Shown: piece by piece, positions 50,310-52,297 of the stretch
How positions within the stretch are numbered: position 1 is the stretch's first letter
Layout: each line of letters begins with the position of its first letter
Sequence record: SRR31156797_8580
Length of the DNA: 52,297 bases
Direction: 5' to 3' (one strand)
The notes under the pieces: generated by a model
Told to the model about the DNA's origin: nothing
Databases searched by the model: none
What the model saw: only the letters and a program-made list of their open reading frames with translations
Program-made: the position numbers and the translations under genes

Positions 50310-52297
50310 ATGATTAAGCAAACTCCGCTTGCCATCGTGATTGGCGCATTGCTGTCAGCGCCTGCAGTCGCTGAAGAAACTACCTACTCATTTGACGAAG
50401 TTGTTGTGTCGGCAACGCGTATTGAGCAGGATAAAAAAGACGTATCGTCCTCGGTTGAAGTTGTTGAACGTGAACAACTTGATCAATCAATGACGTCAAA
50501 TTTAAAGGATACATTCAAGTACACACCTGGTGTTGAAGCACAGGCTAACGGTCGATTCGGTGTTTCAGGCTTCAACATTCGTGGTATGGAAGATAGCCGC
50601 GTTAAAGTGATGGTTGATGGGGTTCAACAGCCAGTACCGTACAACCCGGGTGCTAGTCAGCAACGTAAATATCCAAACGCTATTGAGCTAGATACCTTAA
50701 CAGCAGTAGAAGTGAATAAAGGTCCTTCTTCTAGTCTTTATGGTTCGGATGCGCTTGGTGGTGTGGTGTTGTTCCGAACCAAAAATCCTGAAGATGTATT
50801 GGTTACTGAAGGGGATGAGCATCGTTTTGGCATCAAGAGTAGCTATGCATCCGTGAATAGTGAGTTCAAAAATACGCTTACTTGGGCAATGCGCAAAGGT
50901 GATTGGGAAACGATCGCTATGCTGACTTATGCGGATGGCAGTGAGTACCAGACTCATGGTGATGGTGCTGATATTGTTGGTACAGAGCGAGGCGCAGCCG
51001 ATCCTGCAGATACGCAGGTTATGAATGGTTTAGCGAAAATCTTCTATCAAGCGAATGAAGCACATCGTCTGGGACTGACATTTGAGTACTACGATTATCA
51101 GCACGACTCATACCTTGCTTCTCAGGAAGGTTACGAGATCATGCCTGGGTTTGTTTATAGTGATTCATCGGTCGAAGACCAGAATACGCGTATGCGTATT
51201 GGTTTTGAACACGACTGGAAAATGAACACCGCCTTGGCTGATGAGCTGTTATGGAAGTTGAGCTATCAAACCACGGAAAGTGAATCGGACAACTATGATA
51301 CGACTAACTGGGGAGTAATCTATGTTGATCGTATGCGTAATCGTCAACGAATCTCTAGCGATGATTCGATCCAGTTTGATGCTCAAGTGAACAAACTGAT
51401 TGACGCTGACACTCACTATCATCAGCTAACTTATGGTGCGAGTTATCTTCAAAATGATTTCTCTCTAGAGAATACGGATTACATTCTTAGCAGTGGTACT
51501 CAGTCTGCTGGCAGCACAGGGTTACCCAATGCCGATGTACGCCAGTGGGGGATGTTTGTTCAAGACCAGCTATTCCTGTTTGATGAAAAACTTGTCCTTT
51601 CTGCCGGTCTTCGCTACGACTCATTCAAAACGACACCTGAAACGACTGAAGGTTATGATACTGAGCAAGTTGGCAGCAGTAATGATGCTGTGACAGGCAG
51701 AGTCGGTGCGGTCTACCATGTTGCTGATATGTTCAGCCCTTATGTTCAAGTCAGCCAAGGCTTTAAAGCTCCAACGGTATATGACTTGTATTACAGCTAC
51801 AGTGAAGGCGTTATTTTCGAAGGAAACCCTGATCTAGAGGCAGAAACAAGTTTGTCTTATGAACTCGGTTTCCGTGGTGAAAATGAAAGGTTGCAGTATG
51901 AAGCCAGTGTTTTCTATAGCGACTACAAGAACTTCATTACCAGCAATAAAGTGGGTGAAGACACAAGCTCAAGTAAAGATATCATCACTATGCAGAATAT
52001 TGATGAAGCAAAAATTTACGGTGCTGAATTTGCTACCACAGTACTTGGTCCGAAAGGTATCTATAGCCGTTTGAGCTTAGCGTACTTAGATGGTGAAGAT
52101 AAGAGCACGGGCAGGCAGTTAGATTCTATCGCTCCATTCACCGCCAATATTGGTTTCGGCTACAACTCAGCTAATCAAAAATACGGTGCATTGGTTAACT
52201 ACAAGTTTGTCGCGAAGAAAGATGATTGGGAAGATGAAGATAACATTGAAGCACCTTCTTACAATGTTGTTGATTTAACCGCTTATTACCGTCCAAT
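50310..52297 (+). CDS. TonB-dependent haem/haemoglobin receptor (HutA/HutR/HuvA family), truncated by the window end; absent from the ORF track
   Basis: Read manually: MIKQTPLAIVIGALLSAPAVA signal, FDEVVVSATR TonB box, YTPGV, FNIRG, KGPSSSLYGSDALGG, FKAP...NPDL; no in-frame stop seen. Confidence 0.88.
   Translation, partial: MIKQTPLAIVIGALLSAPAVAEETTYSFDEVVVSATRIEQDKKDVSSSVEVVEREQLDQSMTSNLKDTFKYTPGVEAQANGRFGVSGFNIRGMEDSRVKVMVDGVQQPVPYNPGASQQRKYPNAIELDTLTAVEVNKGPSSSLYGSDALGGVVLFRTKNPEDVLVTEGDEHRFGIKSSYASVNSEFKNTLTWAMRKGDWETIAMLTYADGSEYQTHGDGADIVGTERGAADPADTQVMNGLAKIFYQANEAHRLGLTFEYYDYQHDSYLASQEGYEIMPGFVYSDSSVEDQNTRMRIGFEHDWKMNTALADELLWKLSYQTTESESDNYDTTNWGVIYVDRMRNRQRISSDDSIQFDAQVNKLIDADTHYHQLTYGASYLQNDFSLENTDYILSSGTQSAGSTGLPNADVRQWGMFVQDQLFLFDEKLVLSAGLRYDSFKTTPETTEGYDTEQVGSSNDAVTGRVGAVYHVADMFSPYVQVSQGFKAPTVYDLYYSYSEGVIFEGNPDLEAETSLSYELGFRGENERLQYEASVFYSDYKNFITSNKVGEDTSSSKDIITMQNIDEAKIYGAEFATTVLGPKGIYSRLSLAYLDGEDKSTGRQLDSIAPFTANIGFGYNSANQKYGALVNYKFVAKKDDWEDEDNIEAPSYNVVDLTAYYRP

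Noticed and set aside
1-52297. CRISPR arrays, tRNA/rRNA genes, IS elements, integron attC repeats
   Set aside because: No regularly spaced repeats, cloverleaf-like sequences or transposase/integrase ORFs seen; the intergenic palindromes are explained as terminators or operators

Overview
Vibrionaceae-type (most likely Vibrio) chromosomal segment in two parts. Bases 1-14.4 kb are core housekeeping: epd-pgk-fbaA, mscS, argO/argP, yggE, a membrane PAS-GGDEF diguanylate cyclase, an unannotated 43-aa membrane microprotein, pykF, and a DeoR regulator (glmR-like) with glmS. Downstream of glmS (attTn7 appears empty) lie about 38 kb of accessory catabolic and iron-scavenging genes. These are: (i) a divergent 10-gene acid-sugar cluster (DeoR, PdxA2, DUF1537 kinase / Fe-ADH, DHDPS-NAL aldolase, TAXI-TRAP transporter, BNR sialidase-fold protein, YhcH, SDR); (ii) a hydroxamate/aerobactin uptake unit (fhuCDB-like, GntR iutR-like, iutA); (iii) an 862-aa secreted pectin methylesterase-acetylesterase fusion with a KdgR-like box; (iv) a catecholate uptake unit (fes, fepBDGC, ViuA-like receptor, viuB); and (v) a haem locus (hutDCB, exbD, exbB, tonB1 / hutX, hutZ, and a receptor that runs off the window end). 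I found no siderophore biosynthesis genes, RNA genes, CRISPR arrays or transposases. The best candidate for an undescribed system is the acid-sugar cluster. Its enzyme set fits a complete route from 3-deoxy-D-lyxo-heptulosaric acid (Dha) to pyruvate + D-threonate and on to DHAP; this is an untested inference.
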